Below, in pieces: positions 1 through 11,192 of a DNA stretch of 64,000 bases. Source of the DNA: Lepidodermella squamata (lineage: Eukaryota > Animalia > Gastrotricha); NCBI GenBank assembly GCA_047495785.1, contig JBLDXI010000054.1:1116001-1180000 (forward strand), in the 5' to 3' direction. The first letter of the stretch is position 1; each line of letters begins with the position of its first letter. The notes under the pieces were generated by a model. It worked only from the letters and a program-made list of their open reading frames with translations, was not told the DNA's origin and did not search any database. The position numbers were made by a program, and so were the translations under genes.

Positions 1-1
1 T

Positions 2-739
2 GGTGGGAGTATGGAGATCATACCTTGCAGCAGGGTCGCTCATATGAGACGAACGCTATCCTTACCCAGCATTCTACCATATTCCCATCCTTATGCTCCG
101 ATCAAGTTTTTCTTCCTAAGGAATAACATCAGACTAGCTGAGACCTGGCTTGACGAGTATCGATTCTATTACTACCACACTGCCTGTACCGCTTAGTAAT
201 AACGTCAACGTAACAGAGAGGAGAAAGCTGAGAGAGAGCCTCAAATGCAAATCTTTCAATTGGTACCTGAATAACGTCTTTCCAGAGGCTTTCAATCCTT
301 TGGAGGTGATTACCTGGGGCCAGGTCCGGAGCTATCACAACAACATGTGTCTAGAGTCAAAATCAGCTTTCATCGAAGTCAAGCGATGCCGAAAATGGAA
401 CAGACGTCAGGAGTGGTATCTGAGTAAAACTGGTCATATAAGGCGGGAGGATGTTTGTTGGGAGTTTCAAAACGAAACTTTGATGGCTGTCGAATGTTTT
501 TACGAGAGCTCACATCAGAAATTTACCCTTCATCAAGTAAGATTATATACACTATATTCTTATAGAAAATGTGTTCTCTCTTTTAGGATAATATGATAAG
601 AAACAACTTCATAGGCAAATGCCTGGAGGTTTCGAACGATTTGGTCGTTGCAAAGACTTGCGATCCCGACAATACTAGGCAGCAATGGGCGTGGAAAAGA
701 GGGACACCTGATTTTATGCCTAAATTAAAAACATTTTAA
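2..739 (+). CDS. Polypeptide N-acetylgalactosaminyltransferase (GALNT family), 3' part: end of catalytic domain plus ricin-type lectin domain; apparent frameshift near 180-196
   Basis: GGSMEIIPCSRVAH...RNNIRLAETWLDEY, then in another frame ERRKLRESLKCKSFNWYLNNVFPE and ricin repeats (MCLE...QEW, VCWE...QKF). After the GT-AG intron 537-587 the last exon reads DNMIRNNFIGKCLEV...CDPDNTRQQWAWK to TAA at 739. Confidence 0.85.
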
Positions 740-976
740 AAAAGAAGGATAACGATCGATACGAAGGTTCTGAAAGCTCAAATCAATCCGTGAATTAAAT
801 TGATTACATCATTCTTAGATGCAGGGAGACGTCATCAGCATATTTTGTCTGCAATTTGATCGCTCTACCTGCACATTCCACTTTTCGACCTTGCTCATGC
901 TTTGAGCTTCATGAATTTCAACTTTTTTAACCGCAAAAGACCCGATTTACATAGGTTCTAACATTTCCAGCAAAAA

Positions 977-3286
977 ATGTTTAAAATCCTAATATTCTCA
1001 TCAGTTATTACTGCTTGCATCCTTGGAGGAACAAGTAAGCCTTTCAAGGTGCAACTCTTAACTTTCATTCCTTTCACCGGGAACGCCCCTTTTGATGGGT
1101 CTGTCTGCAGAGCTGCGATGCAAGTTGCAGTTGATGCATCTAATTCAAACTCCAGCATTTTGCCTGACATCGAAATCGATCCACTTTATCTGGATGAAGG
1201 TCCCCTTTCTCTGGGCATAGCTACGGCATTGATTCAACATCTGAGAGAATCTAAAAAAGATCCCACTTCTTTCACAGCACCTGTTGCATTGGGTTCCTAC
1301 TTCAGCCCAGGTTGCCAAAGGGCAGGTCCAATCCTCCACCACCTAGGCTTTGTATTCGAGGCGATAGGATGCGGTGCTAATGATTTGACAAACCGTCGAG
1401 ATCGTTATCCTAATGTTTATCGCACCAGAGCTCCTGGGCAAAATCTTGTCCACGCTAAGATTGCCGCTTTCAAACGTTTTTCAAACTGGACAAAGTTCGC
1501 ATCGATCGCTTACTCGGAGAACAATTTCGACGTTAGCAACGCTAGGCTTCTGCTTGATATCTCGAAGGCCGTTGGCTTGAATATAGCTTGGTTTGACCTG
1601 GTTTCAGTTATTACCGACGAAACTATCGAGTCTTTGAAAAGTAGCAATGCTAGAGTGATTATTGTAGACTCAGGAGTGATTGAATTCACGACTTCATTCT
1701 ACTGCAAGGCCCATCAATTCGGAATCACCGGGCCTAGATTTGTATTCATAGCCAACTTGTATTCATTCATCGATTTGAAATCAGGCGAACTTGAGAAAGG
1801 CCTGCCTCGTGGCTGTACAAGGCGAATGCTACTGGAGCAATACAAAATTTCAATGTGGTTCGGCAGTTTCCTGAGCCCAGATGTAAATTACGGGAAAACG
1901 GCACTGGGCTATGATTTACACGATTTCGAGGTTCGATTGGATGCTTTAACCAACAGTTCCCGAGTTCCCGATTATCGATCCAGATTCTACTGCCACGATG
2001 CTATGTTAACCTCGATTTTAGTTCTAGATAGGGCTGAAAAACTTCTGAGATCCGATAACAAATCCCTTTCTCAATTCAATGGAGCACCAGGCGACGTAAT
2101 GCATGCTGTTAACACCAGTGCTGCAAGTATTGATATCATAACGTTGCGAGTTGGCCGAAGTTTCCTTTCAAAGCGAGCTGAGCCGGATTACGAGCCTCTT
2201 TATATGGGAATAACTGATCGGAATGAACCAAAATTAGTGTACAAAGTTACAGCCGCTTATAATTCGAATGTTGAAGACTATTCCTCTTACGTTTTTGATG
2301 GTCCTATCAATTTGACTTGGCCTGGATCCTCAAATAGATTGCTGCCTCGAGATTCCTGGTTGGTTAATACATTTGAAATTCAACTTTCTTTCCAGTACTG
2401 TTTGATTGTGTTCACTCTGGCATCTTTGGCTTCTCTTGTGAAGATAATCATCATAGGACGTCTTCTCAGCCGAATATTTCTCCGAAAGTCTGACCTCAAA
2501 TCTCAGACTTTCAGACTACTTATGAATATCTCAGGATTAAGCGTAGACATATCGGCTGTGCTTTATGCTCTGAGTTCATCTGATTTGAAAGGAATGCATG
2601 TTTGCGTGGCGAGATTATCATCCTTAAGCATGGGACTATCTCTAATGCTTGGCGCAATCATCGAGAAATCCCTAGAGCTGAATAGGAGGGCGAAATCGTT
2701 TGCTTTGCTCCGAGCCTCTGTTACAAGTATAAGGCTAAGATCTTCAAGCTTAATTTCTGATATTTCGACAAGGAAGAAACTGTCTACGAACATATTCGAA
2801 GCACTTGAAAACAGAATTTCAGCAATTTTCGTCATTAGCAACGTTTTAATCGTTATCGCATGGCTTCGCTTTGAACAGCATGGTTTCTTGAAAGTTGATT
2901 TTGAGCCTTATTACGATTCGAAAAAAGACATAATGAATTATCAATTTGGATGGATTTGCGAGTCGCATTACCATAAGAAATGGATATTTTCAATATGGTC
3001 AATGCACATTTTCGGACTGGCTTTTGCGGGCTATAAACTGTATGGCCTACGATATCACACGCGATTCAGGCAGATGAGAATTAAGAATAGGGCGATAATT
3101 GTAAATTGTTTCGTGAGTCTGCTTGCTTCAGCTCTGATTCTCTTGCTTATGCAAGATTACTACAACCAAACAGCTTACATTTCCTTTGCTGGACTTTTCA
3201 TATCGACTTCTACGTGCTTGATTGAAACCGCTGGAAAAGTGAGAATCTCCTGTTTACCTTCAACGCTATGTAACAGTCGGAAGTAA
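977..3286 (+). CDS. Class C GPCR, GABA-B-receptor-like (Venus flytrap domain + 7TM), intronless, 769 aa
   Basis: Signal peptide; ANF-receptor-type motifs (AMQVAVDASNSNSSILP, RDRYPNVYRT, FYCKAHQFGITGPRFVFI); hydrophobic TM region from about aa 470 including an ECL2 WICES cysteine. Confidence 0.8.
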   Translation: MFKILIFSSVITACILGGTSKPFKVQLLTFIPFTGNAPFDGSVCRAAMQVAVDASNSNSSILPDIEIDPLYLDEGPLSLGIATALIQHLRESKKDPTSFTAPVALGSYFSPGCQRAGPILHHLGFVFEAIGCGANDLTNRRDRYPNVYRTRAPGQNLVHAKIAAFKRFSNWTKFASIAYSENNFDVSNARLLLDISKAVGLNIAWFDLVSVITDETIESLKSSNARVIIVDSGVIEFTTSFYCKAHQFGITGPRFVFIANLYSFIDLKSGELEKGLPRGCTRRMLLEQYKISMWFGSFLSPDVNYGKTALGYDLHDFEVRLDALTNSSRVPDYRSRFYCHDAMLTSILVLDRAEKLLRSDNKSLSQFNGAPGDVMHAVNTSAASIDIITLRVGRSFLSKRAEPDYEPLYMGITDRNEPKLVYKVTAAYNSNVEDYSSYVFDGPINLTWPGSSNRLLPRDSWLVNTFEIQLSFQYCLIVFTLASLASLVKIIIIGRLLSRIFLRKSDLKSQTFRLLMNISGLSVDISAVLYALSSSDLKGMHVCVARLSSLSMGLSLMLGAIIEKSLELNRRAKSFALLRASVTSIRLRSSSLISDISTRKKLSTNIFEALENRISAIFVISNVLIVIAWLRFEQHGFLKVDFEPYYDSKKDIMNYQFGWICESHYHKKWIFSIWSMHIFGLAFAGYKLYGLRYHTRFRQMRIKNRAIIVNCFVSLLASALILLLMQDYYNQTAYISFAGLFISTSTCLIETAGKVRISCLPSTLCNSRK

Positions 3287-3319
3287 AACAAAAGTTTATA
3301 TGATATCATTTCTTTTTTT

Positions 3320-4414
3320 CTAAAGTTTATGCAATGCCAAATCGAAAATCCACACACCGAGGGTTACAGGCAATGCAATTTTAACAAGTAACAACAGGGC
3401 AATGGTTTTTGATTCTGTCGAATTTGAAAACGCTAAGAAAGTCAAACAAACTAGGGTAATAAGAACAACGAGTTCAAAGCTCATTAAGATGAAAATGAAA
3501 ACTTGACGCTTTTTGCTTTTAAAACTTGAAGAGAACGGAAGACATGCGAAACAGATAGCCAAATGCCATACAATTAATGAGAGAATCGGTATCAGAAACT
3601 TCAGCTGATCCACGAGAGATTCGTGATTGTAAAAATCCAATAAGAAGTACGGTATCAGATTGAAGGTAGACAAGACACAGTGGATGCATTTCATAGCTCG
3701 AGGGAATATCCAGTTTTGACACCACTTGAATCGGTAAACTTGCTGGGAGGTGGTCAGGCGACGTTTAGCAACTAGCTTTCTCGAAGGCTTTTTGTAGTTG
3801 AACAAGATTCCTGCTTGAAGTAAGGCAGATAGGCTAATCATAATTATTCCTATCAGAGCCAGTATTTCCATTCCGAAACCATCGAAAGCTTTACGTAAAT
3901 CAATACCAACGCAGTGAATCGTCTCGAAAAATAGGGAAGATGCTGAAAGGAGGAGTAGCAGCAGATCAACAACATTCACCGAGAAATATAGCCAGAATTC
4001 CCTGATATGGTTGACTGAGTACTTCTTAAGTAGCCCAAAAGTAAGGCTTAAGTGAATAATACAAACGATCATATAGAAAATTAATACATTTTGATCGCAA
4101 CTACAAAATGAAGAGAGGCTGCTGCTCATAGTCCCATTACACGGCCGATAAGGACTTTCCTTGAGATTAGCATCGAATTTATAGGCATATAATGAGGCGA
4201 GATTGAGGACGCTTGAAACACAACACGCTACTTTCAGAACCATCGCAATAGTGTTATTACGAAAGAAATTTGCAGATGATTTGGCTTTTGCAGTTTGACC
4301 TGCGGCTGTCGGTTTTCGAGGGAAGACCAAGCTATCCATGGAAAGCTTCAGCTTGGCAGATTTCGTGTCGAATGGCACCTCCGCTTGATCATCGTCAGAA
4401 CAGCCGGCTTGCAT
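3320..4414 (-). CDS. Uncharacterised multi-pass membrane protein, 364 aa
   Basis: Long ATG-initiated ORF with roughly 7-8 hydrophobic segments and a Cys-containing loop; no family recognised. Confidence 0.6.
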   Translation of the reverse strand: MQAGCSDDDQAEVPFDTKSAKLKLSMDSLVFPRKPTAAGQTAKAKSSANFFRNNTIAMVLKVACCVSSVLNLASLYAYKFDANLKESPYRPCNGTMSSSLSSFCSCDQNVLIFYMIVCIIHLSLTFGLLKKYSVNHIREFWLYFSVNVVDLLLLLLSASSLFFETIHCVGIDLRKAFDGFGMEILALIGIIMISLSALLQAGILFNYKKPSRKLVAKRRLTTSQQVYRFKWCQNWIFPRAMKCIHCVLSTFNLIPYFLLDFYNHESLVDQLKFLIPILSLIVWHLAICFACLPFSSSFKSKKRQVFIFILMSFELVVLITLVCLTFLAFSNSTESKTIALLLLVKIALPVTLGVWIFDLALHKL

Positions 4415-6050
4415 TTTAGAATCGAGGGTTTCACACCTCCTGCTACCTTTCGTAGTTTTAAATAAGCGTGGCTAGGCTACGCCATTCATATTGAAAAATT
4501 ATTATAAAAGCAACATGCATTAAGCTTGCCGGTTTTTTCACTACGTACACACGCGGTAGCTGCTTGGTTGTAATAACGTAATTTATGTGTGAAATAAGGC
4601 GCTGTTATGGTTCCTGAGTAAATAAAGCTGGAAGATGAAGAGAATATGTATCGCATAAGATTGATGCATCCGTCATCTTTTTACGAGCGTTTCTACTATT
4701 TGCTCATACTAAGTGTCGAGTTATCGGGTTATCCTTTAATGGCTTCAGGTTTTAGGGAACTTCGACCTAACATGGCCTACTAATCCTGATCTAGCAACCG
4801 AGGGCCTCGCGCATAATACAACCCAAAATGGTATGATATGGTATATCAAGATAATGCAAATTCGGTTTTGAAATCAAAGTCACGCCATAGACATATTCAA
4901 GACTGAGAGAACAACTAAATAGTGGGATAGCTTGAAGTAACTCTGATTGTTAAAGCCTCTTCTTAGTAATCAAAGCAAATTCGGACTATTAAAATGAACA
5001 CAAGATAAACTTGAAATGATACGGATCTGACCGAAAATAAGTGAAAAGTGGAGTTTAGCGAAATTTTGACAACGTGAGATTTTGATGCTGCTTTCAAGAT
5101 CAATTAACGAGGAGTCGATTGATATAAAAATAGATTGATATTCATCAGGGTTGCCGAGAAAATGGGCATCGAAGTTTAGGGGGACAATTTCCAATGTCGA
5201 AATATGCAATCTTAAAAAAAACTGAGTTGAGATAACTAGGAATCCAAGAATCGTCCCTCTTCGCGTCAAGACAAGTATTGCGATTTGCTGGAAAATACTA
5301 TTTTCTTTCTTCGCTTTCCAAATGACCAATGACCAAAAATAAGTGAAAAGTGGCGTTTGGCGTATTTTCTGTACTACATTTGGAAAGCGAAGTCGCGCTC
5401 AACAATTCTAATATTTTTATTAATTTCCTTGATCGAGCTATCGATTTCAGCTATTTTTCCAGGATATTCCTTGTTGCTTAAAGCAATCATTCTAAACATC
5501 GAAGTTGATTAGGAAAATGAGTATCGGATTTTCTGATAAATTTTGAATGAATTAACTGGGAAACATGCAAGTTTTGAAGCTTCTATCTTTAGCTAATTTT
5601 ACCGGCTAAAACCACCGGAAACTCTTCATTCCGGTTTCATTCGCGCCTGGAGTGTAAACAGCCATTATTCACACGCGTGACTCACTTCCTCGTCGCATAC
5701 TGCTATTATATTAGTGTTTCCACTCAAAGCTTGTGCAAGCTTTCTTTATTACTTTATTAGTCTAAGCTTCTTCATGCGCTATAGGTATAAAGCTGTTCCA
5801 GCGAGAAACTTAATTTTCTTACTATTATCCAGCATTATCTCAAGTTGTCCCTCCACCTATATGAAACCTGTTGTCTTACCGAATATGAATTTTTCGTTAT
5901 CTGTTTATTGAGCTAAACGAAAAAGACCAAACGAAAAAGAACAAAATCAGATTAGAGCAAATTGACACATAAGAGCAAATTTTGGTATTAATTTTAGCTC
6001 TTATTTATTGTAAGCGAATTTACGTAGATATTTTTACGAATTACTTCCGA

Positions 6051-9000
6051 ATGATGGCTGCGACCTATTGCGGTTTAATCTGTTGCCCAAAGCTGGCTGA
6101 ACGAGTCCCTTTTCCTTTGAAATCGGTTTCAGTTCAGTCCGAAATTCGAGGTTGGACTGTTGCGGTAACTGCTGAATTGGCCTATCAAAACACCCTGGCT
6201 GAAACTATCGAGTGCCAATTCGTCTTCCCACTCACCGAAAATTCAGCCGTCTATCGACTGGACGCCGATATCGACGGGAAAAAATTGTCAGCCGAATGCC
6301 GCCCGAGGAAAGACGCGGAGGAGACATATCAAGATGCGGTCGACGCTGGCCAGGCCGGTGTTCTTCTCGAAAATCAACTCGATTCTCCTGATGTTTTCCG
6401 CATCATGTTAGGGAATCTTCCGCCTGGTAAGGAGGCTAAGCTCACGATCGGTTGCGTCCAACCAGCAGAGCGCGACGTTGACGGTTCATTGACCGTAACG
6501 CTACCCGCTGTCCTCAACCCTCGTTACGTTCCGCATCACTTAATCTCAAACCCTGAGAAAATGAAGGAGCAATTTCATTCGAAAGTCCCGTATGTCGCTG
6601 TGTCTGAGGTCGCATACACCATGACATTCACCGCTAAAATCAACCTGGGCGTAAATTCTTCGATTTCCGAAGTGAAAACCGTGAATAAGGCTGATACGAT
6701 TAAGGTGGATTTCGAAGATGATAAAAAATTGGCTAGTGTTAGCCTTGACGGGAAATTCGTTCAAGACCACGACTTCGGCCTGATTATCGTTCCTAGCGAG
6801 CCTTTCAAGCCTATGGTCTACCTTGAACCAGGCCAGGCTGTTCAGGTGGGTGAGAAAAAGTGGACCTCTTACGACTTCGCGGCCGCATGGTTTGAGCCGG
6901 AGTCTGCAAATGACAAGCACGTCGGCTCTGGAATACCCGGTGATGAGTATTGGCTGGTTATTGATCGATCTGCTTCTATGAAGGGCAAGAGAATTCGAGA
7001 CGCCAAAACTGCCCTTGTGTTATTTGTCAAAAGTTTGCCTCTTGGTTGCAAATTCAATATCATTGGATTCGGCTATAACTTCATCTCTCTCTTCCCTGAT
7101 GGGTGAGTAAACGTTCAATACTGCTATAATTGAGAAGATTTTCGAGAAAGGAGGTTTGTACGGATATATTTCATAACGCTGAGGGATAGCGGAAAACTAA
7201 AAACATGGTTAGGTAGATATTCATATTGTGGATATCAGAAAACTATCAGCTCATCCAATGGCCTCGGTTGGGGTCGACTTTTAAGCAAAAACACATTTTC
7301 CGGAAGCAGTACCGGAAGCACACCAATTTGCGTGACGCGCGCGCGTACAACCAAAATGTTGGAGTGCGCGTAAAACTTTTTTCCACGCGAGAACCCCATA
7401 TTCAGTCGGTGAGAGAGGCTGCGATCTCATTTGCATAATTAATGATGCAGAAACAAGTACCAGTTTATACGACGAGTATGGCTCAATTTGGCTCGTGGAT
7501 TTAGAAGCATATAAAACACCTTACTCCCTAAAACAGCATCGAAGACTAGGCTGCTTTTAGTGTCAGAGAATTGCATGAGTGATTGTTTAACCGCGTATCA
7601 AAACTAGCTTCGCGAACCAGAGCTGATAAAATGCCAAAATCGCGTGCCTGGCCCGCAGGAAATTTTAGAAAAATATGGGAAATTTAGGAAATTTTCGTTC
7701 AGGAAATGCAGAAGTTGCATAATTTTGCTTGGAAAGATTAATCTTGGCTGGGAAATGTTGGGAAATCGGTTCGCAGGAAATTTTGCATGTTTTCCAGCTC
7801 TGCTTCGAACCAACCAAGCAGCTTAAAAAATCGAAAAAATCAAAAGTTGTTCCCAATTCGCGCGCAGTATTTAATTTCTTTGCAGTGACATTGTGTTTGA
7901 GGTTGTAAGTTGAAAAAAATCTGCACGCTGATTGGTCAGTTGGCTCGTATCCATGACTCCGCTTTGCTACTTGATCGTGCGATCTATATAATTTGTGGCT
8001 TTTATTATTTTTATGAAGGCCGTATCGTAGTACGCGTTTCCAACAAATGCGTAAAACCATTCATAAAAAGATATTTTTTGCAATTATTTTATGGATCGCA
8101 CGATCAAGTAGCAAGGCGGAGTCATGGATACGAGCCAACTGACCAATCAGCGGGCGGATTTTTTTCAACTTACAACCTCAAACACAATGGAGCAGTGACA
8201 AATACTTACTAGTCACGAAAAAAATCGGAGGACTGAAGTTCGGTATTGAACTTGATTATTGAAATTGATCTGAATTGGGGTTGCAGATCTTTAGATCTTC
8301 AGACGTAATGATATAGATAAATTCAAGTTTCCATTGATAAATACTCGGATACTTATGTTGAAATTTTTCATTCTTTTTTTTTAACAGAAGCGTTGAATAT
8401 TCAGAGGAGTCAATCGAGAAGGCTGTTTTGCATTCCAACGAACTGGAAGCCGATCTAGGTGGTACGGAAATTCTCAAACCGCTGAAATACATTTACGATA
8501 AACCGAAACCGACCGCGGCCAATGCTCGGCGATTTATCGTCGTCTTGACAGATGGCGAAGTTGGAAACACCCAAGAAGTCATTGATCTGGCGCAGAAAAA
8601 CGCCGCAACTTCACGCGTTTTCGCCATCGGCATCGGCGAGAGTGCCAGCACTGCATTGGTCAACGGCATTTCGCGCGTTTCTGGCGGCGTGGCTGAGTAC
8701 GTGAGAAGCTCATCGGACCGTCTTCAGGCTAAAATCATCTCACTGCTAAAGGCCGCTACTAACCCAGCTGCTGATGATATCAAGGTGAATTGGGAACTGA
8801 ATGGCGGGAAAGTTGTGTCTCTGTTGCCTGAGCACCTCCCGACAGCGGCTTATTCAGGCCGGCCTATTAAGCAGTACGCTTTGATTGAGCGAAATTTGGG
8901 TAACAACGTCGATGGTTTTGCTAAATTGACGGCGAAAATAGGCGGTAAAGAAGTTGAGCATAAACTGGTGTTTCAAATCGCGTCATCAGTCTATTCGGCA

Positions 9001-10027
9001 CAAAACGACGCTATGCCCCTGCATCGCCTTGCCGCGAAGTCGAGGATCCAAGAAATGACTGATCAGCAGTATCAACAAGCTGATTTCGAGGCTTGGAAGA
9101 AACAAATTGTTGCGATTTCTGTCGCGACTAGTGTTCTATGCAATGACACCGCGTTTGTTGCGGTTGACCCGGTTAGCAAGGTTCGAGTTGAGGTCAAGGT
9201 CGCGAAGAGCCGGCCACCTTTCGACCTTGCCGATTATCTCCTCGGGAGGTTAGACGCTCCTGCTACGGTTCATACGTCGAACGTTCATATTTCCTTCTAC
9301 TTATAGCTTCGACGGTTCACAGACGGAGAGATGGGGATACGGAATGGTACGTTAGCTTTTACTAAAAATCTTATGGACAGAAGTTAATTCAATTATGTTT
9401 AATTAGCACAGATCCCTGTGTGTCTTGACCCTGTATCGTATGTTCAGGATGTGAGTCTGTGATCAAAAAACGATACTTGCTATTATTCATGAAAGAAATC
9501 GGGGAAATTTACCAAAATTGTCCAGAAATGCGGGATATTTTCCGTAAAATTTCCTATCCACTGTTTTTATTGTATTTTTCAACCAAGATTTAGGATATAT
9601 ATTTGTTTCTGATTTTTAGGATCTTTGCGGTAGTAGTTTGCTCTGCGTTAATAGGAGTTTTCACGCTCCAGCTCCTCCGCCAGCTCCTGAAATCGCACCT
9701 ATGGATAAGTTGATCCGCTTGCAGAAGTTTAACGGCTCGTGGGCCATGAGCAACGAATTGGCTTCAATTGTCCAGCCTGCCAAAACACCGGACCAGGTTG
9801 AAATGCGCCGTGAAGCTACAGCGGCTATCAGCGGTAAAGTTTCGGATGAATACGCAATTGCTACGCTTATTGGTCTTGCTTTGCTGCGTAAAAAATTTGC
9901 ATCGAGCCGCGATGAATGGGAACTTATCGAACGAAAAGCTATGGCTTTCTTGAATTCAAACCTCGGAGAGCTTGCTGGGCAAATCGATTCATTTATCGAC
10001 GCGATCGCCCATGCTTTTTCGCTGTGA
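6051..10027 (+). CDS. VWA5A-like protein (VIT domain + von Willebrand A domain), multi-exon
   Basis: VIT motifs (PLKSVSV...ECQFVFPL...LGNLPPG), MIDAS DRSAS and VLTDGEV, ADLGGTEILKPL, C-terminal LIRLQKFNGSW...DEWELIERKA. Exons ~6051-7102, 8389-~9268, short middle exons, 9621-10027. Confidence 0.88.
7618..7802. mobile_element. hAT-like MITE in VWA5A-like intron 1
   Basis: Termini CAGAGCTG...CAGCTCTG; internal GGAAA(T)-rich repeats; imperfect flanking duplication (cttcgcgaac / cttcgaac). Confidence 0.55.
7889..8189. mobile_element. MITE with ~105-bp terminal inverted repeats (CATTGTG...CACAATG)
   Basis: Left arm cattgtgtttgaggttgtaagttg...gatcgtgcgatc is the near-perfect reverse complement of the right arm; flanks ttgcagtga / gagcagtga. 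Confidence 0.85.
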
Positions 10028-10261
10028 AAAACGAACACAAATTTGTGACTCAAACAAAAATTGATTTTTTTTCTAAAATGTCAAGCTTCAAGCTTAATTC
10101 CCGTGATGTTGTAAACATTATTTGTTATGTTGGACAGGTTCTTAATGCTTGCTATTCAATATATTCGAGCCACAATTTTGATTGATGCTTATAATATTTT
10201 CTCTATGGAATGCTGCATTTTCAATTCATTTTAGAAATTATAGCAAAATAAAGAGGGAAAA

Positions 10262-10512
10262 CGTGGGAGATTTTGTTGGTCCTGGGCTTGTTTGCGTTTG
10301 AGATTCTTCGATAGTTTCCGTTATTGAAATCCATTGATTTCAAGGCGGATGTCCAGGGCATTGCGGCTGGCGCTGTTTGTAAATTGGCTCATTTGAGTAA
10401 CTTTCCAGAACAACTTGATTGCTGGTTCACCCTTCCGCTGTCAATTCATGCTACAGTTTGCCGATTTGAAGCTGAAATCGGTGGGGTGAAATTGAGCATC
10501 AAACGCGTCTAA
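10262..10512 (+). pseudogene. Truncated VIT-domain fragment (decayed paralog of the upstream VWA5A-like 5' end)
   Basis: LKSIDFKADVQG...LDCWFTLPLSIHATVCRFEAEIGGVKL aligns with LKSVSVQSEIRG...IECQFVFPLTENSAVYRLDADIDGKKL; it stops early and the upstream frame is broken. Confidence 0.7.
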
Positions 10513-10785
10513 TCTTCTCATTTTCCACTGACTCGAGCATATTTCTATGAGCCTATGTATCAAAAGATTGATCTTTCACCTTGTTTCCAATCATCATTTT
10601 ACTGAAAACAGCTGAATCTTTTGTTTCCTTCAAACATCATGGAATTCGGAATAAAAGCCTTCATAGCATGTTATCAACATAATTTTTACAGGTCACTCTT
10701 GCCGTGAAAAATGAAAAAATAATCATCGGAGAGTTGAAGCTGTTGAGTAGAACAGGAACTGAAGAGTAGAATTGAATTGAAAACG

Positions 10786-11192
10786 TTATGAGCGTATGAA
10801 TATGCATCTGATGGCCGACATGATGGTTATTTTTGGCGTCGAATCGCCGCGACTCGCCGCCGACTGCGCTTGATCGTCCAGAGCTGAGTATTTGAAGAAA
10901 ATCGCCGCCGCTAGGACCATAGTGCCGCATATCATCAGCATTACAAGGCAGAGTATGGAAGCGAGACAGTGCTGAGCGCCTGTATACGGCGAGCTGTTGG
11001 CGACGCGTTTGGAAGACACGCTTATATTTCGCTCGTACTGATTTTTACCGTTACCGAGTTTCGGTGTGTAGCCATCATTTTCAATGTTCAAAGGTATCAC
11101 TTCATCGTGGTGTTTGGAGCAATTTGAAGACGCCGCTGACACCGGGGTTGAGGAAGAAGAAGAGGAGGATGTGGACGAAGCTCCTCCGGTCA
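10786..11192 (-). CDS. Small single-pass membrane protein with Ser-rich N-terminus
   Basis: MTGGASSTSSSSSSS...; one TM segment CLASILCLVMLMICGTMVLAAAIFF; coding-like GC content. Confidence 0.5.

Noticed and set aside
3320-4414. Possible membership of the 364-aa protein in the 'CSDWPL' family
   Set aside because: Only vague Cys/hydrophobic resemblance; none of the conserved motifs is present.
7889-8189. Transib/RSS-like CACAATG heptamer at the MITE ends
   Set aside because: The orientation is reversed relative to Transib termini and there is no 5-bp TSD.
7665-8212. ORFs containing repeated peptides (SHDQVA.RSHGYEPTDQSA)
   Set aside because: Artefacts of MITE inverted repeats within an intron; the same applies to 58809-59213.
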